From: Dicyema japonicum | Lineage: Eukaryota; Animalia; Dicyemida | Direction: 5' to 3' | Assembly (NCBI GenBank): GCA_011109175.1 | Contig: RDEW01000003.1 | Location: 1,871,761 to 1,935,760, forward strand | Length of the DNA: 64,000 bases | Program-made: the position numbers and the translations under genes | In this document: positions 48,301-60,825 of the stretch, piece after piece | Layout: each line of letters starts with the position of its first letter | Position numbering within the stretch: position 1 is the first letter of the stretch | Notes under the pieces: generated by a model | Seen by the model: the letters and a program-made list of their open reading frames with translations, nothing else | What the model was told of the DNA's origin: nothing | Databases searched by the model: none

Positions 48301-51276
48301 AATAATAATATTTATATAAGTTCAATTCACCACTGACAACAAGGGTGGAGGATTCTGTTTTATCTTCCCTGTCCTGATGGTATTAACTCAGCGTCAGTTG
48401 GTTCACGTCTAAAAATAGGATGGCACCAAATAACACCATTATATTTTCCATTGATAATTTCTTGTGAATTTTTGTAACTGTTACGTATTGACGTACCCAC
48501 ATCTTGGTTCTAAGTGGGCTTGTCTATGACTTCGGAAAGATTCGTAAGTCGCAGATATTCTAATAAGTTAATTCTATTGTATTGAACGAAATGTAAAATT
48601 AGCTTTATGATTTATGGAAACTTCATCTTCCTTTTTTTAGTAAGCATTGACTAGGCGACGGACTCGGGAGATATAGGAAACAGAAAATTCCGGTTCGAAC
48701 CTCGTCCAACTCAAAATTGAAAGAACTCTGAAGATCACCTCTGATGCTGATAGTTAATATTATTATGGCCATGAGTATTGCGCAGTGTTCAAATCTTGGA
48801 AAAAAATCCAAATGTTCGAATTTTTCTGCTGTCCATCCCGACAGAAAGTCCAATTCACATATGATGGTTATGGTTTTTTACAAAAGACGTCATAATCAGT
48901 GAAATTTAACTCGGTATCAGATTGTTTACAAGGGCTCACACCCGACAAAAAGAAAAAGTTAAGAACGTTCTTTATCTTCTTTTCCACGTTTAGTTAAATT
49001 AACTGCGTGACCTTACTCTAAAATAAAGTGTGTGTCCTATCCATGCGGTGCTATAAGTACCGAAAAGTAAATGCTTCTTATAGGTTCCTCTCGAGAAAGG
49101 AACAAATTATAGTAAGAGAAAAGCGTCGAACAGTAGGCAATGGTGGAATCTGACGCATTTCAACACCGAGATCAACTCAGCCTAAATATGTGTAGAGATC
49201 CCTCAAAGAAATGAACCAGTGTTGTAAGGGAAGAGTAAATGATCCCTTCATGGCCATCAGGGTACTGGGGACCACCTGCGACAATTGTGGCATATAAACC
49301 TCGCAAATCAACTTTAGAAACAAAGAAATATGAGGAGCTATCTTCAACCGAATAACCAGTGGGGGTACTGAGCCCATGACCTCTCAGAGTATCATCTTAA
49401 ACAAATAAATACATCGTTACAAAGAAATACATTGGCAACCATCACAAATCGAGATAAAAATTTTAAATTTGAAATATATATAAAATAATACTAGTCACCT
49501 TCTCCGTTCATGCCTTCTATTGTACTTCCGATTTGAGTCTCTTCTATCACGTCGGTCTCTTCTTTCAATTTTTTTTTATTTACCCCTCACGTAATTTTTC
49601 AACCGACCTTCTTCCACAATTTCTCCTCCAATCCACCCCACTAACGGACACTCGTCCACTAGGCACTTCCTTCATGATTTTAACCTCCTTCGACTCTTCC
49701 ATCATCTTGTTCCTCAATTGAGACACATTGAACATCAAATATCTCCGAACTCACCTGTGACCTTTTCAACACCGATTATCTTAAAGAAAGTTATCGCAGG
49801 AATCTCTTACTACTATTAACCTAATTAGTACGTTAAACTGTCAAAAGGCTAGGTAAATACCTGCCATGGCCACCTTCTCAGGGCTAAATCTTATCAGAAT
49901 GTGGCCACCTTCTCAAGCTAATTCATGAAATTCCACGAGGACAGTAGAATTCCAACGTTTTCGACCAGTATGAGTTTCTGTAGGTACAACATTATAATCA
50001 GATAATTTATTCCTGATAATTTAGGAAGAAACTGGGAGAACACAGCGAATCCAGCCATCTTTCACTCCATTGGAGGAGTTTTCACAACTGCTAGGAATGG
50101 ATGTCATTTACTTTTGTAGTGGTTNAATTATTTGTAGGTTGAGTTTACTGATGCAAACTGCAGGTAGAAGGTAGCTCTTCCTTATGATAGCCTTTAGAAC
50201 GTTCCACTTTCAAGCCCCCTGGTTAACACTTCCTCCGTACGATTGGAGAATGTCATTAGAGTTGCATTTTACTCAAAGGATCTTCCTTAATTACTAGGAA
50301 AAATATTGAATTTTCTATAACCTAACTCAAAACTACTACAAAAGGATAAAAGAACTTTTTTAATAAATATCTACAAAGCCGTAAACTTTTCAGACATGAT
50401 GTCCAAGAATTAGGATGACCTTTGTTAACAATAATTTATTTATAATTTTTTTCGGATCTTCTTTTTTGGAGAAATGTGATATCACTCATTCCTTCTCTTT
50501 CTATTTACGTTAATATTGATGGTACCATCGATAGCTTATTCATATCCAGCAATTATCGCAAAAAACATAGTGGCAAATTATTAAAAAATCAATAAAATTA
50601 ATTTAATTTCTAAATTTGAATTCAATTAAGGAACAATCGCATTTTAGACTTCTTGAATGGTGGTGAAATTGGAGCCACTCATTAACGACGGTGGTTTAAG
50701 TCGCCTTGGGAATGGCTACCTTTGCTGGAATTCCCAGTGATGTCTTTTTCAATCGTTGTCTCAGTCTGTCTACTTATTCTCTTTTTAATTCCAACTTTCA
50801 GCAAGGATGAAAGCTGGACGAAAGAAGCTCGTTGAAATGATAGTTGGGAATACAGCACAAACGAAATCTTAAGTATTCGTGTGATTATGGGAAACACGTG
50901 AGTCATTTCAATTANAGCCACTCATTAACGACGGTGGTTTAAGGAGCCTTGGGAATGGCTACCTTTGCGGGAATTCCCAGTGATGTCTTTTTCAATCGTA
51001 GTCTTAGTCTGTCTACTTATTCTCTTTTCAATTCCAACTTTCAGCAAGGATGAAAGCTAGACGAAAGAAGCTCGTTGAAATGATAGTTGGGAATACAGCA
51101 CAAACGAAATCTTAAGTATTTGTGTGATTATGGGAAACACGTGAGTGATTTCAATTAATGGAAATATTAAATTTTATGGACTTGTATACTCTCATTTTAT
51201 CATAGGTCATCGCTTAATGGTCAACAGTTAAATCCTAAGAGTTACTCCATGTCATAGAGGTATGTCAGGTTTGAAG

Positions 51277-51345
51277 TTCACTGTCAAAAACATCAACTTG
51301 GACGTGATTTATCAAAACGGAAATTACCGCATATTCCATTACGAA
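51277..51345 (-). pseudogene. Possible AGC (PKN/PKC-like) kinase micro-fragment
   Basis: FVMEYAVISVLINHVQVDVFDSE versus PKN-type [22 protein letters not shown]; flanks do not extend the match. Confidence 0.25.
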
Positions 51346-51789
51346 ATTTGACGATTATTATATAATTGTTTCGAACTATGACTGTCACATTATGGTCTTT
51401 GATTTGCAGTCCACGGAGATCTTTATGACCCTTTGACACGTGTATGGACTGTCTCGGATTGTATTCAACTCACTCTATTCAAGTTCGGAACGAAACCTAA
51501 TTCTGTCATCTCTATCATCAATGATATGCTCCTATCGCTGTACGGTTGATGCCGATCCTAAAGAGCTAGGTTTGTTCTACTCACTGGGACATGAATCACT
51601 TTCTTCATTTCTGATATTCATTGGTGGTGACTGGATTCCTAGAATTAGCAAAGTGAGAAACGAGGAGACCTGTATTAGATCACATGCTCAAAACGTTTCA
51701 TTACTCTATTTCTGCGAATCCTCAATTTATTTAACGAATACTGCTTTGATCATCCAGCAAGAGATAAAACTACTTGGGTTGGTTCAAGA

Positions 51790-51930
51790 AAATATGAAAG
51801 TGGGAACCTGATCAAAATACACAACCAAATAGACTATATCATGTGTTGAAATAACAGAAACCTTATACAGAACTCGTTATCTTATGATGGCCTCGGAACG
51901 TCCAGTGACCACAAACTAGTGATGAAAGAC
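51790..51930 (+). mobile_element. RTE APE fragment
   Basis: YNQIDYIMC..SYDGLGTSSDHKLVM, homologous to 4990-5110. Confidence 0.6.
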
Positions 51931-52329
51931 TACTGCGAAAACTCAGAGAAGAGATAATTAGGATAGATGCGGACAATAACGCAAATATTCGTGGAGTGAG
52001 TTAAAGTCGCATTCAAGAATACCGCGACTTTGGTTTTGGGCACTCCTTATAAAAATAGCTCGTAACACTATTTTGACAAAAATCAAAAAACTTCAATAAT
52101 TTCAAGTAAAAACGAAGCGGAAAAACAGATTGAGGATCATGAGCGGTGAAAAGATGGAATCTGATATCCTTAACAGTTATGGATCTGATGTTAAATATTA
52201 TAAACATCGAAACACCCCCTGGATTGCCGTATATGTTTCGCAAACATTTAAGTAAAGTTAAACTGCAGGAGAGCGGCTTCTTAACACTGATGATGTTAGA
52301 ATGATATCCATACTTTTAGAAGATAGTCA

Positions 52330-54060
52330 TCTAGCAGTCGAATTGGAGAATTCTGCCTATCTATAAATATGTCCATACGATATCCGCCGTGGGTCTTTTT
52401 CTTCTAAAACCACTGGCCCAGAGACAGATATTCGTCAACAATAGAGAATTTCTTTCCGGAACATTCAGAGATAGTAGTTTCCGTAGGGTTGTTAGAAGGA
52501 TTATGGACTTCAGATTTTCTACCGGTCCAACCGTCGTCCCATGTTTCTGTAAAGGTATCAGAATTCCCTGTCCTATCGGGAGAGACATGTGTTTCATAAA
52601 AATGTCTAGTAAGGGCGACGAATGTTTCAGAAGTTCCCCGTTGATACCGTCAATGTCCGGACTCAGGTTGTTATTCAGCTTTTGCAGAGCAGTTTGTATC
52701 TCCGCCACGTGTCCGACAAATTGAGTTATGCGTTCGTCGTCACTCCTGAAGAGCGATTCAAGTGATCAGCAATATTCTCTGCAAGTTCTTTTTTGTCAAG
52801 TATTCGTCTTTCATTCTTGTCATTCACAATCAATCCTTTAGGGTTATCCGCTCTGTTTGAAAGCCGGATTGCTCTGAACATTTTCGGCCCAAAATTTAGT
52901 TCCTCAACCTCCTCTGCGTACTGTTCAAGTGTCCTTTCGTTGAGCAAGCCAATTCTTTTATTTATATTCAGTAGAATAGAGTTCCTTTTTTCTTTTAATA
53001 ATGCTTTCTTTTTTGGATTTTTTTTCCTCAGCCCGGAGTCTCAAATTCTTTTGTGTTCTCGGTAGCATCGTATAGACAATTGTGGCCTTCTTGAGACATC
53101 CTTCAATAATGAGCAGGCAATATTTCCAAGTCCATTAGATATTGCAGCCCACCGCTGACATGATAAGCCTCTCATGTCCACTTTTGAGACGAAGACGTCC
53201 ACTTTGTTGGCGTATCTCTTGCGGATGGCGATATTTGTGTTCAGACTTTCCACCGCCAATCTTCCAGAGTTGTGTTTGTTTTGTTTTCTCTTGATCACTC
53301 CTTGACTTCTTCCTAGTTTAAAGCGAGAGATGAGCGCTTTATGATCACTCAGTAGAATAGTGCCTTCATAAGATCGCGACTCCATGAGCATGCACTTGAA
53401 TTCACGCTTAACAGTATTATAATCAATTTGATTGTAAATCGGGACTATCTCACCATTCCGATTTTTTCTCTGTCCGACCCATGCCGTCATGTGCCTTGTG
53501 GGGTGTTGGACAGAAGTAGGTCAAATGCACAGCAGAATCCTGCGAGTGCAGTAGAATTTCTCTTTCTTTACTATGGGTTCCAATGAAGTTGTCGTCCCTG
53601 CTACGTGTTCCAACTTTTGCGTTCCAGTCACCGGCAAGAAAAACTAGGGGGAAGCAGGAATATCGTCCATAGTCATCGAGAGTTCCGTGTAGAAGTTTTC
53701 AACTTCATCTGGACATTTCATTGCTATGCCCACATTCGGGGCATATGCATTAATAATGGTAGTCAGCGTTTTGCCCAACTTCAGTTGAATGACAGAGATC
53801 CTGTCACTTACACTCCAGAATCTGTGAATCGTGTTGACATAATGTCGATGAATAGCGAATCCCTGTCTACAGTGTCTGGATTCCGGTTCTAGCAGTATGA
53901 CTCTGTATGCTCCCACGACTTCATCAAGTCTCCTTTCACTTTGTTTCCTGAAGGCAGGCTACAGATACTTCATAACGAGTGAGATCCCCCGTTAGTTGTG
54001 TCCTTTGCATCGCGATTCCTCTCTCATTAAATGTCATTAGGACGAGTTCTCCAGGGTGTG
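52330..54060 (-). mobile_element. RTE-clade LINE 5' part (APE domain through start of RT), frameshifted
   Basis: TFN..VACLQETK; IINAYAP..ENFY.EL; TAWVG..YNQIDY..SDHKAL; SPDIDGINGELLKH..LIPLQK..LRKLLS..GFRRKRPTADIV. Confidence 0.88.
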
Positions 54061-55149
54061 AATTAGACATAGTCCCAGAGAGAGACGTCATCACCTCAAC
54101 CAAAACGAAGACAAATTGATCACTAAAATCTTAATTTTAATGAAATTCCGTAAAAAATAATTAGATTATTATCTTTATTATATCTTATATTATTTGATTT
54201 ATTTTTTTAATTTATAATTTGTGGTTAATATATACTTAATTCGGATACTTTTTGAGTTTCTCTGCTGCCCACTACTGCTGAAGGTTCCAAGCATTTACGG
54301 TATTCCTAATTTGACAAGTGGAGCCGTCATCAGTGATACCTAATTGTAAAACCTGATTGTCACTGAGATTTTCTCGCAACCAAAATGCAGGAGTTAAAAA
54401 CATTCCATAACCCTTTCGCCAAGATATAGGTTTCGTTCATATGACTGTCAATCATCGTATAACTTTATTAGTGATGTCCATAAGCAGACCATAGAAAGGT
54501 TCTAATCTCATTAAAAGTATTACGTAGTGCTAAATGGAAAAAAAGAGAACCGCACGTCAGAATCTAAACAGCGTATAGCGAGTTTATGTGGAAACAGAGA
54601 CACAACAAAATGAATTCGACGAAATATTGAGAATTGAGAATTCGAGTTCTCGACCCCAAAACAAATTATTTGTATTAATGTGTATAACGGTTCCTGTACT
54701 TCATAATGGTGATTTGAGGACCATAATGAAAGCACCTAGGGACAACGAAGACCTTGTTGGAGCGTTTGGTTTCTAAGGAGTTCATAATCTAGGGCAGTTT
54801 TTTTCAACAAAGGTAGATTTTTGAATTACAGATTTTTTTAATTATGATAAATTTATAATTAAATTCCTCGGATCCCCAATCACCATAAATGCAATGAGAA
54901 GAGCTATACGTGTCCGGACCCCGTCTATATCGGAAATGCGCAGGAACGCAATCGGAACACAGAGAAAAGATGCGAAGACTGTTGAGTGAGGCTGGGATTA
55001 CCTGAATTTTGTTATTTTGGATATGACGGTGGTTTTTNAGTCGGAACACCGAGAAAAGATGCGAAGACTGTTGAGTGAGGCTGGGATCACCTGAATTTTG
55101 TTATTTTGGATATGACGGTGGTTTTTTGGTTCAATAAATTAAAATAATA

Positions 55150-56935
55150 AATACGTGAAAACGACTCTTACTCGGAGAGACTCTGAACCGCTTGTATCTA
55201 CTTGACATGCATACAGCATTATTCCTTCTGAAAAACAGTCTTAACGAACAAAGGCTTGCGTATGTCCTGAGGACAGCTCCCTATTTCACCCAGTATGACC
55301 AACTCGCACAGATTAACGAGATCTTTTGTACGACAGCGGAACGCATCTTCAACGTCCGGTTCGAAGATTACTCATGGAAGCAAGCCACGCTGCCAGTGAG
55401 ACTCAGAGGACTTGGGATTCGGAACCGTGTGGACCTTTCTTTCCCTTCATACCTATAATCGCTAGTGGCCTGTACTAGATTCTACACTCTCTATCTGAAT
55501 TCTCCATTGACAAGGATGCCGGCCATGCTCGTGAGGCTTGGAGCCTGCAGTCTGCTGGACGCCCTTCTATACTGAAATCCACTGCCCTAGACAAGGGAGA
55601 CGGAAAGTGATAGAACGAGTAACAATCTTTCCGTCTAAGCATGGTGTACTGTTGATTTGGAATACTACNCAGTATGACCAACTCGCACAGATTAACGAGA
55701 TCTTTAGTACGACAGCGGAACGCATTTTCAACGTCCGGTTCGAAGATTACTCATGGAAGCAAGCCACGCTGCCAGTGAGACTCAGAGGACTTGGGATTCG
55801 GAACCGTGTGGACCTTTCTTTCCCTTCATACCTATAATCTCTAGTGGCCTGTACTAGATTCTACACTCTCTTCTGAATTCTCCATTAACAAGGACCCCGG
55901 CCATGCTCGTGAGGCTTGAAGCCGCACTTATCAGCTTTCCCTGCCTTCCTCGTTCTCTCATCGAGGCTTGGACGATGCTATATGCTGGAATTCTTTCAAA
56001 GATTTGCTTGTATCATCTAACCAACATCGCCATGCTTGTTTGTTGTCGGGATCATCTTCCGAGAGTGGAGCCTGGCTCAACGCCTTTTCCAATGGAGTTC
56101 TGGGTACCTTCCTGGATGATGAATGCGTCCGTATTGGGATCTCATTGCGACTGGGATTAAAAGTCTGTGTTCCACATCCGTTCCGATGCGGAAACCAGAT
56201 CGACTGTTTTTTTTCTACACCCTCTCTCTTGCAGGATAAGGCAGATTTTCCAGACACATGGCCTTGAAGAAGTCGTTANTTCTGAGTACCTTCTTGGATG
56301 ATGAATGCGTCCATATTGGGATCTCATTGCGACTGGGATTAAAAGTCTGTGTTCTACATCCGTTCCGATGCGGAAATCGGATCGGCTGTTTTTTTTCTAC
56401 ACCCTCTCTCCTGCAGGATAAGGCAGATTTTCTAGACACATGGCTTTGAAGAAGTCGTTAGGCGAGCTTTGAACGCCGCCGGACACCCCTCCATTCTCTA
56501 ACCTGTTGGTCTTTGCAGGCGGGACGGGAAACGACCAGATAAGATGACAATCTTCCCCTTTGAAGCCGGGAAACCTCTTATCTGGAACGTTACCTGCACC
56601 GACACGTTTGCCTCTTACAATGTACTCAGAGCTCACGAGGGTCTCCTGTTCGTGTAGCGATCCGATTCCCCGGAGCCTGTTCTGCCGCTGAGAAGTCCGA
56701 GAAGATGAAACGGGAAAAGTACGCGGTCCTACCCAAGGATTTTTTGTTTGTTCCACTTGTCATTGAGACGTCTGGTTCCCTTGCGCTTGCGACGATGAAA
56801 ATCTTCAGTCGTCTAGGGAATCGGATCGTTACACAAACAGGAGACCCTCGTGAGCGCTGCTGGTTATTTGAGCGAATCTCGCTCGCTATCCTGAGAGGGA
56901 ATAGCCACACAGTCAGGGCAGCCGCTATATAACAG
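55150..56935 (+). mobile_element. CRE-like non-LTR retrotransposon, 5'-truncated, with N-joined duplications
   Basis: ALFLLKN..RLAYVLRTAP..WKQATLPVRLRGLGIR; SGAWLNAF..LGTFLDDECVRIGI.LRLG; GKRPDK; ETSGSL..WLFERISLAILRGN. Confidence 0.9.
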
Positions 56936-58749
56936 TTTAATCTTGTCTTTCCTTAATAAAAGTATTAAGACTGTTGCCGAAAAAAATTAAATTTATTTTA
57001 AATAATTTAAATAATATAGTGAACTTTTTTGATGGGACTTGTTAAAAAAATTAAAGAATATAATGAAAGTTAATTTTCTATTGGGTTTATTCACTTGTAT
57101 TTGCAATGTGTTGTATGCATTAATTACGAATATATGTAGCCATATCGTTTATTAGAACCACAGAAAACAAGACTCACTATGAAACATATTGAATTTTTAA
57201 AAACATAAAGTAAAACAATTATAAAAAGATCCTTCTTCCTCAGATCGTTTGGAAAGTCACCGAACTGAGTTATATGTTTACTACTTTTGAAAAAAAAGAA
57301 CTAAAATAGCTTGGTTGTACAGATGGATGTGGAAAAATAGCTTGAAATCGAACATGAAGTATAAAATTTTAACTAATTTTTATTGTTTAAGAGAATTCGG
57401 TTCTATTTTAGCGGTTTTTAAAAGCTTTTAATCTAAAGGCGACACACTAGAGTACTACCGTCTCTAGAACTCGAAGTAATATTGTAAGACGAGCTCTCAA
57501 AGTCGTCAACGAGTAGTTTACCTTAAAAACAATGATAAAATAACGCTTATGATTCATATAACTTGTGATACAAAATAAATCATTTTTGAGTTCTTCAATG
57601 ACTAGACAATGTGGATTCGCTTTCTTCTTAAAAAGCCAGAGTCTCAAAAGTATAATATGAGAACAACATTATAACACCTTAAAAAAATTGGATAAGTCAG
57701 GAGAGGAGGATTGACTTGAGGAGAATTTATAGATTCTTTGATGTCCTAGGGTCAATAAAATAAGGTTACACGTATATTGAGAGGATTCATCATAACAATA
57801 TTCGAATTCTTATACGTCAAAAATTAAAGTCTTGATCTTCATTCAAATAATTTTTAAACTTTATATAGCTGTTAAGCACTAAAAGAGGTCTTCTGTTACG
57901 TAATCTTACTAACAAGAAGGATGCATGTCACCAAATGATCGATAAATCATCAGATGTTTTGAGTTTCCTGTAACAGCAAGGTAGGTGTCATAAAACCTTT
58001 TTTTGAATTCATTGATATTATTTTTTTAACTATTATTACTTAGGATTATTGATTTGCCATGTCAAGATAAAGATTCAAAGTTATGATTTTGTTTTTTTCT
58101 CGTAAAGTTCATGTATGGTCAAAGTACTTATAGATATGATTTCGTCTATCAAAATTGAATATGGAGGACTATTTGTTATAAACTGAGATTCTAATTAATA
58201 TGATTCTCTGTTCTATTTTATTTATATCTCTCATTTTGATTGATCTATTATTTAATTGAGAATGAGAAATGATGTAGCCTCCGTGGATTGTAAGTATGAC
58301 ATTCTTCGAAGTTTTCTAGAGCTTTTCTTTAGCCACTTCTCAATTTCTCATATGAGGTGGTACAGTTGAATAAAATGACTTTCAACAGATGGGCTTAGTA
58401 CTTTTAGTTTCAATTATAATACCTTACAGAACAGAATGCTCAAAACAAATTACATGTACAACTTAAGGATTTTTAATTCATGTAATAAAATACGAATCAT
58501 CGGCGTTTTTCGAACTAGGTTAATTATAGCAAAAAAGAGAAAACACAACCGAAAGGAAAAATCCTGATTGAGCGCAGTTCCATATAAATCTTGAAAAAAA
58601 TTGCCTTTGATACGTACCAGGAAATTATAGTGTCTATTATAAGAATTGTTATCAAAAATGTCCTGGAATTGACAGCTGACAATAATAGTTAATGTTCATT
58701 CTATAATAAAATGATTAATTTTTTAAAGACAATTATTTAACAAAGAAAC

Positions 58750-59810
58750 AAGTGTTAGTTGAGGCAGCCGGCTCGTGGATCGCGAACGAGTTCCCTCGGA
58801 GTATGGCCATTCCAATTTTTTGTCTCAGCCATAACCCTTCTCATTCCTCCGAGTTCGCGTAAGAACTCAGCCGTCATTGGACCAACGGCCCCCGATGAAT
58901 CGACCCCAACATTAGTAAATCGGTTACGGTTCCCGAGGCAATAATATTTCTTGATTTTCATGGTTTTTCGCGGTCGAAGCAGCTGCTCCAAGTGTCTGAA
59001 CAGATTTGAAAAGATTCGTGCTTTAAAATGTGTCAACACAAGTTGCGTCCCAGACCAAAGATCGTCCGGATGTGTAAAGGAAAAGGGTCATCCCGTCAGG
59101 TCTTTTCCATCTCCTCGATCGAGACTCACTGGTTCAAGCTGTGACGGGAGTCATCAGAGCTCTTACAATCACATCGTTCTGACCAGCGTGACGTGGTCCT
59201 CTTCCGGCGCTTCTTCTGCAAGACAACGAGTGCAATCCCTTCGCATCTACTATTTTCCTGCATCGGCATCGGTGCTCCTGACAAACGTCTAGTCCTAGCC
59301 TTTGTCCGATTACAAACCTCAAAGAATCGTCGTCCAAAAGAGTCCCTAGGTTTGGGCAAGGTATTGCACCAAGCCATGCTCCACTCCCTCCACTTGAAAC
59401 TGACACCAAACAAGTCAGACGATGTTGATTTGCTTCTTTTTAAAAATCTTTGGAGCAGGCGTTGTCGTCCAAAAGAGTCCCTAGGTTTGGGCAAGGTATT
59501 GCACCAAGCCATGCTCCACTCCCTCCACTTGAAACTGACACCAAACAAGTCAGACGATGTTGATTTGCTTCTTTTTAAAAATCTTTGGAGCAGACGTTAT
59601 CCCAATTACTTTGCTTCGTTGTGTCTTTAGAGATTTTGAGTCCGGACCCGTTCCATTTCCGACAAGCTTCATCAAATGACTCATTCCAGCGAAGTCCAAT
59701 AGTGTGGTGAAAGACTTGCCGTATCAAATAGCTGCAGCTTGAGAAAAACGATAGATATGCCGGGTGCGCAACCTCCAGCACCGATCTTAGACCAACACCC
59801 CATCCAATGA
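58750..59810 (-). mobile_element. CRE-like element, close relative of 8794-9780, with deletions and an internal duplication
   Basis: Long stretches of DNA near-identity to 8800-9740; SGAWLGAIPCPNLG..QEHRCRC..SCRRSAGRGPRH. Confidence 0.92.
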
Positions 59811-59899
59811 TTAATTAATTGAATAACTGCTAAAAATGTTAATATAAATAAATCATATCACCCCCAATACGGTCAAAAGTTTTTCTGTCGTTTAATCTG

Positions 59900-60825
59900 T
59901 ACAATAACATTATGAACANTCATATGGAATCTTCATGTCATCCAAAAATAATTTGCCTACGGAAAAAATAGAAACTTTAGTCGTATCAGCAAGAAGAGCA
60001 TGATCGTCAAAATATCTTAAAGGGTAAGCTTCTAACAAGATTAACCTGATATATCCCAATAGAATTGATTGGTTGTCACATATATGACTTTCGACAATTT
60101 GAAGCGAAAAAATAGTATTTTTAAGCCTTTCACATAAAATATGTTCAACATTATCTGCCATTTCGTCAATCCTGCGGCGAATTGAATCATTGCTAATTGG
60201 TACGGAATTTAAAATTTCGTCGGGATTTAAACCCATAAGATCTGATAGAATCACTGATAGATGGTTTGATGAGATTTTCACCAGAAACATGGGAACTCTC
60301 ATTTTTGGCAATAATCATTGCAATTTTATAGGATGCAATTAGTCCTCCTAAATATAATTTAAAATAAATACGACTATTGTTTCTTTCACTACTATTTGTA
60401 AAAACAGTGTCAATCGTTTTTTGTTTACGAAAAGAATCCTTTAATTCTTCAAAATAATGGTTTATCTTTTTCATCCGAATGTTTTCTCCTAAGATGATCC
60501 AACAATTTGGACAGTTTAATTGCATCATTTGATAATGACTTATTACACAGTAAATAATATGGTCTATTATCAAAATAATTTTTTTATAAATCCAAATATT
60601 CATTTTTATATTGACGAATTTTTAATGTAGAAAAACGACTCATACACGAACAAAAACAAGCATGGTAATTTTAAAAATTTTAAAGAACAAAGGTTTACCA
60701 CTTTAAAAATAAACTAACTTAATTTAAATTGAAAAAGATTAAATATATTTTCGACCCCCTTACGATCGATCTGGATTGATTTTAGACCCCTGGGGGTCGA
60801 ATCGACCCCAGGTTGAGAACCCCTG
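59900..60825 (-). mobile_element. hAT Buster-type transposon, left end and N-terminal half of transposase
   Basis: TIR CAGGGGTTCTCAACCTGGGGTCG starting at 60825 (-), flanked by the 8-mer gtcTAcat; IASYKIA..IAK..GENLIKP; PISNDSIRRRIDEMA..FSLQI..ILLGYIR. Confidence 0.88.

Noticed and set aside
48650-48710. GGTTCGAACC B-box at 48692-48701 as a tRNA gene
   Set aside because: No convincing A-box, acceptor stem or cloverleaf could be folded
53950-54110. HDV-like ribozyme at the RTE 5' end
   Set aside because: Could not assemble the nested P1-P4 double pseudoknot by eye; an Infernal or RNArobo search would be needed
56950-58740. Further micro-intron gene in this AT-rich stretch (also tried 38860-39170 and 11090-11440)
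   Set aside because: GT..AG candidates exist but no combination gave a sustained open frame
3499-59590. Tandem direct repeats as a CRISPR array or satellite
   Set aside because: Each occurs only twice, is 85-400 bp long, has no spacers and is unrelated to the others; many flank single-N joins; no cas genes; eukaryotic context
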